From contig CAMTON010000005.1 of the NCBI GenBank assembly GCA_947074105.1, positions 1,517 to 65,516 of the forward strand: DNA of 64,000 nucleotides. The letters are read 5' to 3'. This DNA is from an uncultured Bacteroidales bacterium (GTDB taxonomy: Bacteria; Bacteroidota; Bacteroidia; Bacteroidales; JAUNSR01). Shown one piece after another: positions 30,778 to 40,310 of the stretch. Each line of letters begins with the position of its first letter. Position 1 is the stretch's first letter. The position numbers and the translations under genes were made by a program. The notes below the pieces were generated by a model that was not told the DNA's origin, ran no database searches, and saw only the letters and a list, made by a program, of their open reading frames with translations.

Positions 30778-30900
30778 CCTGCTTCGTTGTTTTAGCTATT
30801 AACTGTTTGTCTCGCTTATGCGATTATTTAAATTAATCAGAGTGTCTGTTTTTTATATAACAAACAAATGAAAAATAATATCAAAAAAATAAAGATACTC

Positions 30901-30939
30901 TTCCGGATGTTTTCCGGAAAAGCATCTTTACTGATATGT
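30901..30939 (-). terminator. Putative terminator after frr
   Basis: TTCCGG / CCGGAA stem nested in AAAGAT / ATCTTT. An A-run precedes it on the plus strand. Confidence 0.4.
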
Positions 30940-30960
30940 TATAAAATTATCAATACTGAA

Positions 30961-31521
30961 TTATACAGTAAGGATTTCTTTTTCTTTAGCCGCATAAAGT
31001 TCGTCAACTTTCTTGATATATTTATCATGAACTTTCTGAACATCAGCTTCAGCATCTTTAGCCATATCTTCAGCAAGACCGTCTTTCTGTGCTTTCTTGA
31101 TGCTTTCGTTAGCGTCACGACGGGCATTACGGATACTAACCTTAGCAGTTTCAGCTTCAGCTTTAGCCTGTTTTGCAAGAGCCTTACGTCTTTCTTCTGT
31201 CAATGGAGGGATACCGATACGGATGATCTCGCCATTGTTTTCAGGCATGATACCAAGCTCTGAGTTTATGATAGCTTTTTCGATTTCTCTGAACATCGTC
31301 TTCTCCCACGGAGTGATAGCGATAGTTTTTGCATCCGGAGTCGAGATATTTGCAACATTGCTCAAAGGCACGCTGCTTCCGTAATATTCTACAAAGATTC
31401 CGTCAAGGATACGAGGATTGGCTTTACCCGCGCGGATATGTGCAAGAGCTTCATCAAGATGCTCGATAGCGCCATTCATTTTATTTTCCGCAGCGCTGAT
31501 AATTTGTTTTACTTCTGCCAT
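30961..31521 (-). CDS. frr: Ribosome recycling factor
   Basis: 186 aa, full-length Frr-like ([13 protein letters not shown]...[10 protein letters not shown]...IRNARRDAN). Confidence 0.97.
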   Translation of the reverse strand: MAEVKQIISAAENKMNGAIEHLDEALAHIRAGKANPRILDGIFVEYYGSSVPLSNVANISTPDAKTIAITPWEKTMFREIEKAIINSELGIMPENNGEIIRIGIPPLTEERRKALAKQAKAEAETAKVSIRNARRDANESIKKAQKDGLAEDMAKDAEADVQKVHDKYIKKVDELYAAKEKEILTV

Positions 31522-31718
31522 GATGTAAATTTATATATCGTTTTTATTTAATAATCAATCAATTATATTAAACAAAGAATTAAGTCACACGGTTTTATCC
31601 GAAATTATGTTTTACAACTGTTTATGAATAAAAATCCGTTTTCCCTTTCTTTCTGCAAAGATAATAAAAAAAGGAATTTTTAAAATATGCTGTTAATACA
31701 GGGAATATGACCGGTTTA

Positions 31719-32429
31719 TTAATAAACAAGAGTACCGATGTTTTCTCCGGTAAGCACTTTCTTAAGGTTTCCTACCGTATCCATATCGAATACGATGATA
31801 GGCAGGTTGTTTTCTTTACAAAGTGTAGTTGCGGTAAGGTCCATAACTTTTAGTCCTTTGATATATATTTCATCATAAGAAATCTTATCATATTTAGTTG
31901 CCGTAGGATCTTTCTCCGGATCAGCTGTATAGATACCGTCTACACGTGTACCTTTAAGCATCACGTCCGCTTCGATTTCAATACCGCGAAGAGCAGAGCC
32001 TGTATCCGTAGTGAAATACGGACATCCTGTTCCTCCTGTAAGAATAGCCACTTCGCCGTTTTCCATAGCTTCTATAGCTTTCCATTTGCTGTAGTATTCA
32101 CCGATAGGGAACATATTTATGGCAGTAAGGACTTTTGCTTTCTGGCCCTGAGCCGTAAGAGCTGAGCCAAGAGCAAGACCGTTGATCACAGTGGCAAGCA
32201 TACCCATCTGGTCACCTTTTACACGGTCGAAACCTTTTGAAGCACCGCTAAGACCACGGAAAATATTTCCTCCACCGATAACTATTCCGATCTGAATGCC
32301 TAGTTCGGCAATCTCTTTTATCTGTGACGCGTACTCCGCAAGTCTTTTTTCGTCAATACCGTACTGCTTCTCCCCCATCAGCGACTCTCCGCTAAGTTTA
32401 AGCAATATTCTTTTGTACTTAATTTCCAT
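31719..32429 (-). CDS. pyrH: UMP kinase
   Basis: YKRILLKLSGE, GGGNIFRG and DGIYTADP motifs; a conserved pyrH-frr pair. Confidence 0.97.
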   Translation of the reverse strand: MEIKYKRILLKLSGESLMGEKQYGIDEKRLAEYASQIKEIAELGIQIGIVIGGGNIFRGLSGASKGFDRVKGDQMGMLATVINGLALGSALTAQGQKAKVLTAINMFPIGEYYSKWKAIEAMENGEVAILTGGTGCPYFTTDTGSALRGIEIEADVMLKGTRVDGIYTADPEKDPTATKYDKISYDEIYIKGLKVMDLTATTLCKENNLPIIVFDMDTVGNLKKVLTGENIGTLVY

Positions 32430-32471
32430 ACTGAATTATTGTTTTACAATTAGTTGCTTTCTTTTCTGACG

Positions 32472-32479
32472 CAAAAATA
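32472..32479 (-). promoter_or_regulatory. -7 box TATTTTTG (minus strand) upstream of pyrH
   Basis: CAAAAATA on the plus strand, 43 nt upstream of the ATG at 32429. Confidence 0.45.
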
Positions 32480-32692
32480 AATAATAACTACCTACCTTAA
32501 ATAATAAAGTAATAAAAAAGATGGTTAGATAAGGATTATTCTTTTGTCTGTTTATTTTTCATAATATGATCCGGACTGAAAACAGAGGTAGTACTCTTAC
32601 TGAACAAATGAAAATTAACAACGTTAAATTAACATACACGCATAGTGTTATTGGTTTATCAAATAATTGTAAGACGTAAAAGAATTTTTAGT

Positions 32693-33418
32693 ATGAAACA
32701 TCTGAGAAATATCGTTCTATTATGTCTCGCCCTCTCTCTTCTTGTACCGACTGGATGCGGGACCTTTAAAAACATGAATCAGACAGGTAAGAACTCCATA
32801 GTCGGCGGGGCAGCCGGAGGTGCCGTAGGTGCCGGTATCGGAGCATTGATCGGCGGTGGTAAAGGAACCTGGATAGGTGCTCTTGTAGGTTCTGCCATAG
32901 GAGCAGGAGCAGGAGCCGCGATAGGTCACAGTATGGACAAACAGAAAGCGGAACTGGAAAATGAGCTTGATAAATTAAAAGCAGAAATAAATGCAAAAGA
33001 TTCTGCCATTCAGGTAAAAGAGGTTACTGATAATAATAATCTTAAAGCCATAAAGGTGACATTGGGTGATGCTGTGCTTTTCGCGACAAACTCATTCACA
33101 CTGACTCCTGCTGCCGATGCTGCACTTTCAAGAATAGCGTTCAATCTTAATCAGAATCCGGGGACACATATTACGGTTGTCGGTTATACTGATAATACAG
33201 GAACCTATGATTACAATATGACTCTTTCTCAGAAAAGAGCTGACGCTGTACGCAACTATCTTATATCTCAGGGTGTTGCAGCCGACAGGATTCAGGCTGT
33301 AGGTGACGGAGAGAACAATCCTATCACATCTAATGCTACAGCAGCGGGCAGAACGCAGAACAGAAGAGTGGAATTATATATTTTCGCCAGCGAACAGATG
33401 ATAAAAGACGCAGGTTAA
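32693..33418 (+). CDS. OmpA-family lipoprotein with glycine-zipper segment
   Basis: Lipobox LLVPTGC, a GxxxG-rich zipper, a coiled-coil linker and a C-terminal OmpA_C domain (GYTDNTG...LSQKRADAVRNYL...NRRVEL). The ATG at 32693 is preferred to the GTG at 32645. Confidence 0.85.
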   Translation: MKHLRNIVLLCLALSLLVPTGCGTFKNMNQTGKNSIVGGAAGGAVGAGIGALIGGGKGTWIGALVGSAIGAGAGAAIGHSMDKQKAELENELDKLKAEINAKDSAIQVKEVTDNNNLKAIKVTLGDAVLFATNSFTLTPAADAALSRIAFNLNQNPGTHITVVGYTDNTGTYDYNMTLSQKRADAVRNYLISQGVAADRIQAVGDGENNPITSNATAAGRTQNRRVELYIFASEQMIKDAG

Positions 33419-33440
33419 CAACTTACTTCATTTATTTAAA

Positions 33441-33478
33441 AAAGGGCATAACGAATTTTCTTTTTCGTTATGCCCTTT
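33441..33478. terminator. Bidirectional terminator (OmpA gene / T9SS cargo gene)
   Basis: AAAGGGCATAACGAA / TTCGTTATGCCCTTT form a perfect 15-bp stem flanked by A- and T-runs. Confidence 0.85.
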
Positions 33479-33499
33479 TTGGTTATGATTTTATCGTGA

Positions 33500-34933
33500 T
33501 TATTTAACTACGACTTTTGTCGCTTTACCGTCAACTTTTACTATATACATTCCTGTTGAACATGCTATTTTAGCAGAATCTTTGCTTATAAGGGCACCGC
33601 CTATTGTATAGACTTCGATAGTGTCGGCTGATCCTGTAATCTCAATAAAGCCTTTTGAAACAGATACCGAATAGGAGTCTGCAAATGCATTATCCACTGA
33701 AGCAACGACGTCGAAAGAGGTTGGCCATAACTGTGCATTTCCATTATTAGTATTCACACCTATGAATCCTGTAACATTATAATCTTTATCATCTGTCGGA
33801 AGAGTAACAGAAAATCTGTTATAGGTAGCAGAAGATGATGATCCTGAAGTTATTGTATTACTTGAGTATTTAACATTTTTGACAACTATATATTTGCATT
33901 GATTATCAGTAGTAATATCTGCAATCGTAGCATCATCCGGAGAAACTTCTGTACCTTTTTCAGTAGATGCAAGGACACTGGAAGCATCAGCTACAAATTC
34001 AATGAGATAACCTCCATAAAGAGCTTTTGTTCCTTCTATACCTGACGGAATTATATCTCCGTTTACATAGGTTTTTCCCAAAGACCCATATATGAGCATA
34101 TTGTCAGAACCGTCTGTCACATAAAGGTTACTGCCATACTGATAGATAGCTGTAAGGGAAGTGGTGAATTTCGCAAGTGTTTCATCGGCAAGAGAATTCC
34201 ATGCACTAATTGTTGATACTTCTGAGCCAAGAGTATATGTTTCTGTTGTAATTTCACTGACATCTGATCCCAGCACGGCTATAGCCTTTATTGTTGTTGT
34301 AGAAGTTAATTTTATTTCTTCCGTATATTCAGTTGATGATGACGTCGGATCATCTTCATTTGTAGTATAATATATTTTAGCATCTGCTGTAGTCGTTGCT
34401 ATTGAAACTGACAAAGTCCCTAAGAACGATTGAGATACAGGAGTCATTGACGGAGTGGATACAGCAGCCGGGACACCGGTAGTAACTTCTATAGAATATA
34501 AATTTGTTGTATTGCTAAACTTGAAAATCATACTTGCATCATTACCGGTCCATGTTGCTGTCGAATTACCGGAACCGTAAACAAGGTTACCTTTATCAAC
34601 AGTCATTCTATTAAGGTTGTTTCCTGAAAATACAATAGATATAAAATTATCAGTTATACTTCTTGTAAAGGTTAATGTTGCTCCATTATAAACTCTTAAT
34701 TCTGTAACTCCGTTATTGGTAGTCCAGAATCTGGTTGAAGTACTTCCGCTTTCATTTACTATTGTAATGTCATCTGTCGTTAAATTACCTGTGATGTTTA
34801 CACCAGCCCCTACAGCAGGTTTATCATACTTCCATGTAGTAGGATCTGAAAAATCAAAAGTTGTTGTCACATTTTCTGCGAAAGAGAAAAAAGCAAATAA
34901 AAACAGACAAAAAGAAAGTAAAATTTTTTTCAT
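33500..34933 (-). CDS. T9SS-secreted modular protein (N-terminal module + Fn3-associated/chitobiase-C-like module + OB-like module + T9SS CTD)
   Basis: Signal peptide MKKILLSF..., KIYYTTNEDDPTSSSTEYTEEIKLTSTTTIKAIAV, and a C-terminal ...GMYIVKVDGKATKVVVK sorting-domain signature. Confidence 0.75.
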   Translation of the reverse strand: MKKILLSFCLFLFAFFSFAENVTTTFDFSDPTTWKYDKPAVGAGVNITGNLTTDDITIVNESGSTSTRFWTTNNGVTELRVYNGATLTFTRSITDNFISIVFSGNNLNRMTVDKGNLVYGSGNSTATWTGNDASMIFKFSNTTNLYSIEVTTGVPAAVSTPSMTPVSQSFLGTLSVSIATTTADAKIYYTTNEDDPTSSSTEYTEEIKLTSTTTIKAIAVLGSDVSEITTETYTLGSEVSTISAWNSLADETLAKFTTSLTAIYQYGSNLYVTDGSDNMLIYGSLGKTYVNGDIIPSGIEGTKALYGGYLIEFVADASSVLASTEKGTEVSPDDATIADITTDNQCKYIVVKNVKYSSNTITSGSSSSATYNRFSVTLPTDDKDYNVTGFIGVNTNNGNAQLWPTSFDVVASVDNAFADSYSVSVSKGFIEITGSADTIEVYTIGGALISKDSAKIACSTGMYIVKVDGKATKVVVK

Positions 34934-35072
34934 AAGATTAATAATTAAAATTAAACATACTTACCTATATTTTAATCAATAACAACATTATAACATATTT
35001 GTTTTCACAAACAATGTAATGTTTTTCGTCTATATATTACAAGTATCAGTTTTTGATTATTATTAAACAAAA

Positions 35073-35111
35073 CATCCTGTAAACTACCTTAAATTAGGAG
35101 TTTACAGGATG
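35073..35111 (-). terminator. Terminator between the two T9SS cargo paralogs
   Basis: CATCCTGTAAACT / AGTTTACAGGATG form a perfect 13-bp stem. The sequence before it on the plus strand is A-rich. Confidence 0.7.
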
Positions 35112-35165
35112 AATTATTTTATAAATCCACTTTTACAAGGGATATGATTTTAATCTATTCGTCGA

Positions 35166-36869
35166 TTATTTTACGATTACTTTAACTGCTTTTGAGTCCA
35201 CTTTTACAATATAGATTCCTGATACCATAGAGATAGAAGTTTTAGAATCAACAGCAACGATTTCTTTTACAAGTGAACCTGTAAGATTGTAAACAGATAT
35301 GTTTGTACTTACAGCTGAAATAACTTCAATCATTCCTTTTGAAGCAATAACGCAGATTTCAGAAACTGCGACATTACTTTCAACACCAGTCGCGATTTCA
35401 TCATTAAGAGTTGTAACATATACATAATTTGATTTTTCAGAATCCATATAGTTAACTCCGTCTCCTTTAGCGACTACCGAATATGCATATTCAGTTTCTG
35501 CAGGAAGTTCAGTCATTTCGATAGAAGTAGTTGTAACATCGAACGGAGATCCCACAACTTCTGTATGTGATGTTACTTTAACATCATCAAGGAAGAAACG
35601 AGAGCTAGAGGCAGTTTGTCCTTCAAATTTGATTCTTGTTTCAGCTGTAGCATCTTTGATTATAACACTATATGTATTAAATTTACCTTTCTCAAGAGTT
35701 ACGCTTTCATGATCCAATATTCCGCTGTTAACAACCGAAAGTTTAAGTGTTGTTTTTTCATTATTTCCATTCCAAGCTGCTGCTCTGAAAGAAAGGACAA
35801 CATCACCGTTAACATTTTCTAATGAAGGGGTTGTTGCTGATCCTAATGCAGAAGATGCACCTAGTTTTATACATCCGTTTGCTGGATAGCCTCTTTCAAT
35901 AGTCCAGTCTTTTAATTCAGGTAAAACTCCATTAGCTATAGATCCGCTCCAAAGATCATCATTACCACCTGTAGATTCACATTCTTCAAAATTTTCATTA
36001 AATACAGTATTTGTCAAAGCAACGTTAACGAGGTAAGAAGAAGCTCCTTCTACAGCTTCCCAGTTTGCAACAAATCCTTTGTTTGTTACTTCTGTTGCTT
36101 CTGTTGCAACCGGAGCATCAAGATAGACAGAAAGATCAATATTGATTTCATAAGTTGCAGATACTACTTCACTTTCAAGTTCTTCATAAACAGCTAATGC
36201 TTTTACAGTAGTAGTCGCGTTAAGTTTGAAAGGCTCAGTATATAGAACTGATTCTTTTGTAGGTTCTTCACCGTCAAGAGTATAATAAATTGAAGCAGCT
36301 TCTGTTAAACAATTTAATTCAATTGTCAGTTCTGATTCATAAGCACCTCCTGCTATATTAAATGTAGGAGCATCAACTTTTGTTATTTCTTCTTGTAATT
36401 CTTCACCATCTGTAGTTACAACAATAGAAGAGATTCTTATTTGCCCTTCAGACGAAATAGCTTCAAATTCTTCCGCTATACCTTCCCATGTAATAGTATT
36501 CAAAACTGCATCAGTTGTTACATTTTTTTCGCCACCATTTACATCTAATCCTAAAGCATATTTTTTGTCAGTTACTGCTATCACAACTTTAGTAATATTA
36601 TTTCCTGAATTACTTTTAATTGTAAGTTTAGCATTTTTGTATACACGTATATGTTCTGTTGGAGCTATGACATCATTTGTACTATTGTGAGTAAAATATG
36701 AAACCGTGAAGCCTTTAATCTGAGAAGTAAAACTTTCAGTTTTGGAAGTTTCTTCATTTTTGGTTTCAATCCATTCTGAAGCCGTAATATTAGTTGGCAA
36801 TGTTACTTCGTCTGCGAAAGCAACTAAAGCCAAAAGCAATGTAAAAAATGAAAGTAGAATTTTTTTCAT
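35166..36869 (-). CDS. T9SS-secreted modular protein, partial paralog of 33500..34933
   Basis: The same signal peptide start (MKKILLSF), SIYYTLDGEEPTKESVLYTEPFKLNATTTVKALAV, an FN3-like block (FVANWEAVEGASSYLVNV) and the CTD ...GIYIVKVDSKAVKVIVK. Confidence 0.75.
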   Translation of the reverse strand: MKKILLSFFTLLLALVAFADEVTLPTNITASEWIETKNEETSKTESFTSQIKGFTVSYFTHNSTNDVIAPTEHIRVYKNAKLTIKSNSGNNITKVVIAVTDKKYALGLDVNGGEKNVTTDAVLNTITWEGIAEEFEAISSEGQIRISSIVVTTDGEELQEEITKVDAPTFNIAGGAYESELTIELNCLTEAASIYYTLDGEEPTKESVLYTEPFKLNATTTVKALAVYEELESEVVSATYEINIDLSVYLDAPVATEATEVTNKGFVANWEAVEGASSYLVNVALTNTVFNENFEECESTGGNDDLWSGSIANGVLPELKDWTIERGYPANGCIKLGASSALGSATTPSLENVNGDVVLSFRAAAWNGNNEKTTLKLSVVNSGILDHESVTLEKGKFNTYSVIIKDATAETRIKFEGQTASSSRFFLDDVKVTSHTEVVGSPFDVTTTSIEMTELPAETEYAYSVVAKGDGVNYMDSEKSNYVYVTTLNDEIATGVESNVAVSEICVIASKGMIEVISAVSTNISVYNLTGSLVKEIVAVDSKTSISMVSGIYIVKVDSKAVKVIVK

Positions 36870-36977
36870 ACTGTTGAGTTTTAAATAATTATATATTAAA
36901 ATATTATTAATTTACTAAGTTGGATAATTATAGTGTCTTTAACTTTTCTAAATAACAATTATGTCAATTTCATACTT

Positions 36978-36985
36978 CAAAGATA
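36978..36985 (-). promoter_or_regulatory. Possible -7 box TATCTTTG (minus strand) upstream of 35166..36869
   Basis: CAAAGATA on the plus strand, 109 nt upstream of the ATG. Confidence 0.3.
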
Positions 36986-37150
36986 GAAATATTAAAATGA
37001 ATTTGTATTTCAAAATCAATACATTATTATAGCATATTGGATAAATATTCTTAAAATTTACATTCAAAATAAACTAAATTTCTAATTTCATCGTTTACAG
37101 AAATTTTGCAATGATCTTATTGTATAAAATGCAATTAAATAGCTGAATAA

Positions 37151-37193
37151 AAAATCCTCATTTAAAACTGGAATAGTTTTAAATGAGGATTTT
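37151..37193 (-). terminator. Strong terminator immediately after the nuclease-helicase gene
   Basis: AAAATCCTCATTTAAAA / TTTTAAATGAGGATTTT form a perfect 17-bp stem with a 9-nt loop, ending 4 nt from the stop codon. Confidence 0.75.
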
Positions 37194-37196
37194 TGT

Positions 37197-40100
37197 TTAT
37201 TTATTGGGAGTTTTCCAGAACTGACTTTTTTCCTTTGTGAAATTAATGAGTTCCCGATATACGGGATCTCCCGAGAGCAGTTCATCATCACCGACTATAA
37301 ACATCTGTTTTCTGGCTCTTGTAAGAGCGACATTTAGTTTTCTGTCAATATATACACCATTTTCCGTCATACAGTTTGAAAGGAACTGAAGCTGATATTC
37401 TCTTGCCACACAACATGAATATATCATAATATCACGTTGTCCTCCCTGAAAACGTTCTACTGTATCGATCACAAAATTATCGGAATCCTGAATTTCCCTT
37501 GAAGCAAGTTCCCGCTTTATCATCGCAATCTGATTACGGTAAGGAGTAATGATGCCTATCTGTTTTACGGGATCAAAATCCTTCTCCTTATTTATATCTA
37601 TAATCTCTCTGACTATATCTGCTACAAGGGAAGCTTCCTGTGGATTTACCTTATCTGAAAGAAGCTTGTCATTTTTCGAAACAGAAAGAAAACAGAAACG
37701 ATTTCTCTCAGCAATCTTCCTTAGATCATAATCTCCGGTATATGCATCAGTAGCTTCCTGCTGGTGTGCAAGAGGGACGCATACAAGATTATTGTTATAA
37801 AAATATTTTGCCGGAAATTCAGCAATCTCAGGATGCATACGTCCCTGCTTTGTAAGCATATCGATAAACTGTGTCCTGCCGCATTTCACCTCTTCGCGGT
37901 AAATACGCTCGAAAAACGATTCACGCAGATTTTCAAGTCCTATCTCATTAAGATAACTGTCTTTTACTTTTCCTGCAGAATCTTCCTGAAGAACCACTGC
38001 CGGGAGCTGTTTATGATCGCCGATAAGAATGAATTTTCTTATCGCGTCTTTTCCGTCTCCTCCTTTCGCACAAAGTACTCCGAGTATCTGTGGCTCGATG
38101 ATCTGTGACGCCTCATCTATAATGGCTACGTCAAAATTCTTAAGGCGGAAAAGATCGGTCTGTCTTGAAATAGTTGATACGGTAGAGATGAATATACGAT
38201 TACCGGCTATAAGATTTCTTACCTGCTGACGGTTGGCACAGTCACGCATAAGATTCTTAAGAAGATTTTTCTTAAAGTCTTCCTCGCAAGTTGATTCATT
38301 TCCGATTCTTATAAAAGAAAGATCTTCATCTATAGAAGCTACAGACCTACATATTTCATCAACAGCTTTATTGGTATATGCAAGCAGAAGGATATTCTTA
38401 TCCGGATCTGAATAAAACTCTTTTATCATGCCTCTCAGTGCGACAGATGTCTTACCGGTGCCCGGAGGACCGACAAGCAGAAAGAAGTCTTTTGCAGATG
38501 CCGCCTTATCTACTATTCTGTCAATATCAGATTCATGAGTTTCCTTAAGCGGTTTAAGCGCGCCCGGCATCCGCTGACCAAGAAGAAGAGAACGGCGCTC
38601 CTGTGTTGCTTCGACAAACTGAGCCAGCCCTTTATACATTATGTTGTATGAAGCATCAAGGTAATCTCTTTCGATAGTGTATACTGCGTCAAGAGGCAGA
38701 ACAGATTCATTTCTCTGAATGAAACGTAATGAAGCTATAACTTCTGTGGCCGATATATGTTCTATAGAAGCTTTAAGCACCTGACTGTTGCAGACATTTG
38801 ACCGTTCATCTTTCTGCTGATAAAATATCACAGCATCCCCTTTCCTGAAATTAGGAATCGAATCAATAGATGGTTTTGGCAGAGCGAATTTTATTATATG
38901 ATGATCATGTTCGGGATATGCTTCCGTTATCTTTAATGGTGTTATTATCTCTCCGGCTTCCGATTTTTCTTTTACTGTGCTGTTCCACAGCATTGTTATG
39001 CCACGGTTCATCTCATCGGCAAAATCGCCTGTCTTCGATACAAACTGTTCTTTAGTGATAAAAGTAAAAAGAGAAAAGAAATATTTACGTTCAAGTAAAG
39101 AAAGAGCAGCGATGGAACTGCTGAAATTGTCAATTCTGGGTTTTATGAATTTATTCCATAAGGAAGAATTATCCTTATTAACATTCAGAGTCGATGAGTT
39201 TATAGATGATATGACGGTTTCCGTAAAGTCAGGATTATTATGATCATTGATTTCACGTTCTGTCGTAACGATAAGATTTCGGATATTAAGAGCTTTCTTT
39301 ACAAGACGGTGGTCGAAAGGAAGCTGAAGAAGAACGGGGTATTTGCTGTAAAAAAGAAAAGCATCGATCTCTTTTATTTCAAGCCCCATATTGATATTCA
39401 GCACCGCATAGTAAAGAAGCATCTGAACATAATTGTTTTCTTTATAGGAGAAACGGTTTTCGGAATATCTTTCAACAGCCTTTCCCGATTTCAATTCTAT
39501 AAATTTCTTATAATCTTCCTGAAGCATATCAAGACGCCCCTGTAGGCCGAGAGCAACACATATAAATGACGGTTCGATAAGAGATTTCTCTCTGTCGATT
39601 TCAAAATGAGCGAAATCTTTTCTTATTGTATTACGTATATTTTCAAATTGAGAGCTTGCAGAGCTGAAGAATTCACGCTGTTTTCTTTCATCATTCAGTT
39701 CTGCGCATGAAGCTATGGCAAGAGGATAGTTAGCAAAAGATTTTGCCATAGATATTTTATACTGAGCCGGCTCTTCGTCGGTCTCATTAAGAATGTCGTC
39801 AAGAAACTGATTGGCTATATTTCCAAGAATAAGAGGAGGGGAATTTACATCTGTGCTTAGACGGTTGATGAAATAATTAAGATGATGCGCTCCGTGATCC
39901 TTAAAACATTCCGCGATGGAACTGATATCTATAAGGAATTCTGGTTCCACTATAATTATCTCACAGAAAATATCGATAAAAAGAGAATTGTTGACAATCT
40001 TATAATCGAGAGGATTTCCTGCAAGATCACAGTTTACAAGATTAAGATTGGCTCCGTTATAAAGAGATTCGACTGTACGGGCAAAAATATCAGGTTCATG

Positions 40101-40307
40101 AAGCTTTACGGATGCAAATATTTCAATTCCCGAAGTATCGCTTATAAGGTCATTCTCTTCAGCCGACTTCTCAGGTCCGGCAAGTATGTCACTAAAAAAA
40201 GAAAGCATCTTAAAAGAGCTTTCTTTAATCTTTATAATAATAAAATCCTCTTTAGTCCTTTCAAAAACTGCAGATAAGAGTTTGATATGATTTTTATTGT
40301 CATTCAT
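37197..40307 (-). CDS. PD-(D/E)xK (RecB/Cas4-type) nuclease fused to an Upf1-like SF1B helicase (Dna2/Nhi-like architecture)
   Basis: Nuclease motifs: E245 (LIEPSF), D260 (GRLDML), E271-x-K273 (IELKSGK) and Q295xxxY299 (VQMLLYY). Helicase motifs: GPPGTGKT (aa 613-620), YTNKAVDE, DEASQ (731-735), GDHKQLP, QGRMH, TVERFQGGQRD and LNVALTRARK. Confidence 0.85.
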   Translation of the reverse strand: MNDNKNHIKLLSAVFERTKEDFIIIKIKESSFKMLSFFSDILAGPEKSAEENDLISDTSGIEIFASVKLHEPDIFARTVESLYNGANLNLVNCDLAGNPLDYKIVNNSLFIDIFCEIIIVEPEFLIDISSIAECFKDHGAHHLNYFINRLSTDVNSPPLILGNIANQFLDDILNETDEEPAQYKISMAKSFANYPLAIASCAELNDERKQREFFSSASSQFENIRNTIRKDFAHFEIDREKSLIEPSFICVALGLQGRLDMLQEDYKKFIELKSGKAVERYSENRFSYKENNYVQMLLYYAVLNINMGLEIKEIDAFLFYSKYPVLLQLPFDHRLVKKALNIRNLIVTTEREINDHNNPDFTETVISSINSSTLNVNKDNSSLWNKFIKPRIDNFSSSIAALSLLERKYFFSLFTFITKEQFVSKTGDFADEMNRGITMLWNSTVKEKSEAGEIITPLKITEAYPEHDHHIIKFALPKPSIDSIPNFRKGDAVIFYQQKDERSNVCNSQVLKASIEHISATEVIASLRFIQRNESVLPLDAVYTIERDYLDASYNIMYKGLAQFVEATQERRSLLLGQRMPGALKPLKETHESDIDRIVDKAASAKDFFLLVGPPGTGKTSVALRGMIKEFYSDPDKNILLLAYTNKAVDEICRSVASIDEDLSFIRIGNESTCEEDFKKNLLKNLMRDCANRQQVRNLIAGNRIFISTVSTISRQTDLFRLKNFDVAIIDEASQIIEPQILGVLCAKGGDGKDAIRKFILIGDHKQLPAVVLQEDSAGKVKDSYLNEIGLENLRESFFERIYREEVKCGRTQFIDMLTKQGRMHPEIAEFPAKYFYNNNLVCVPLAHQQEATDAYTGDYDLRKIAERNRFCFLSVSKNDKLLSDKVNPQEASLVADIVREIIDINKEKDFDPVKQIGIITPYRNQIAMIKRELASREIQDSDNFVIDTVERFQGGQRDIMIYSCCVAREYQLQFLSNCMTENGVYIDRKLNVALTRARKQMFIVGDDELLSGDPVYRELINFTKEKSQFWKTPNK

Positions 40308-40310
40308 ATT

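Noticed and set aside
37088-37291. 67-aa minus-strand ORF overlapping the 3' end of the helicase gene and its terminator
   Set aside because: It is out of frame with the helicase and spans the terminator hairpin. No motif is recognisable, so it is most likely spurious.
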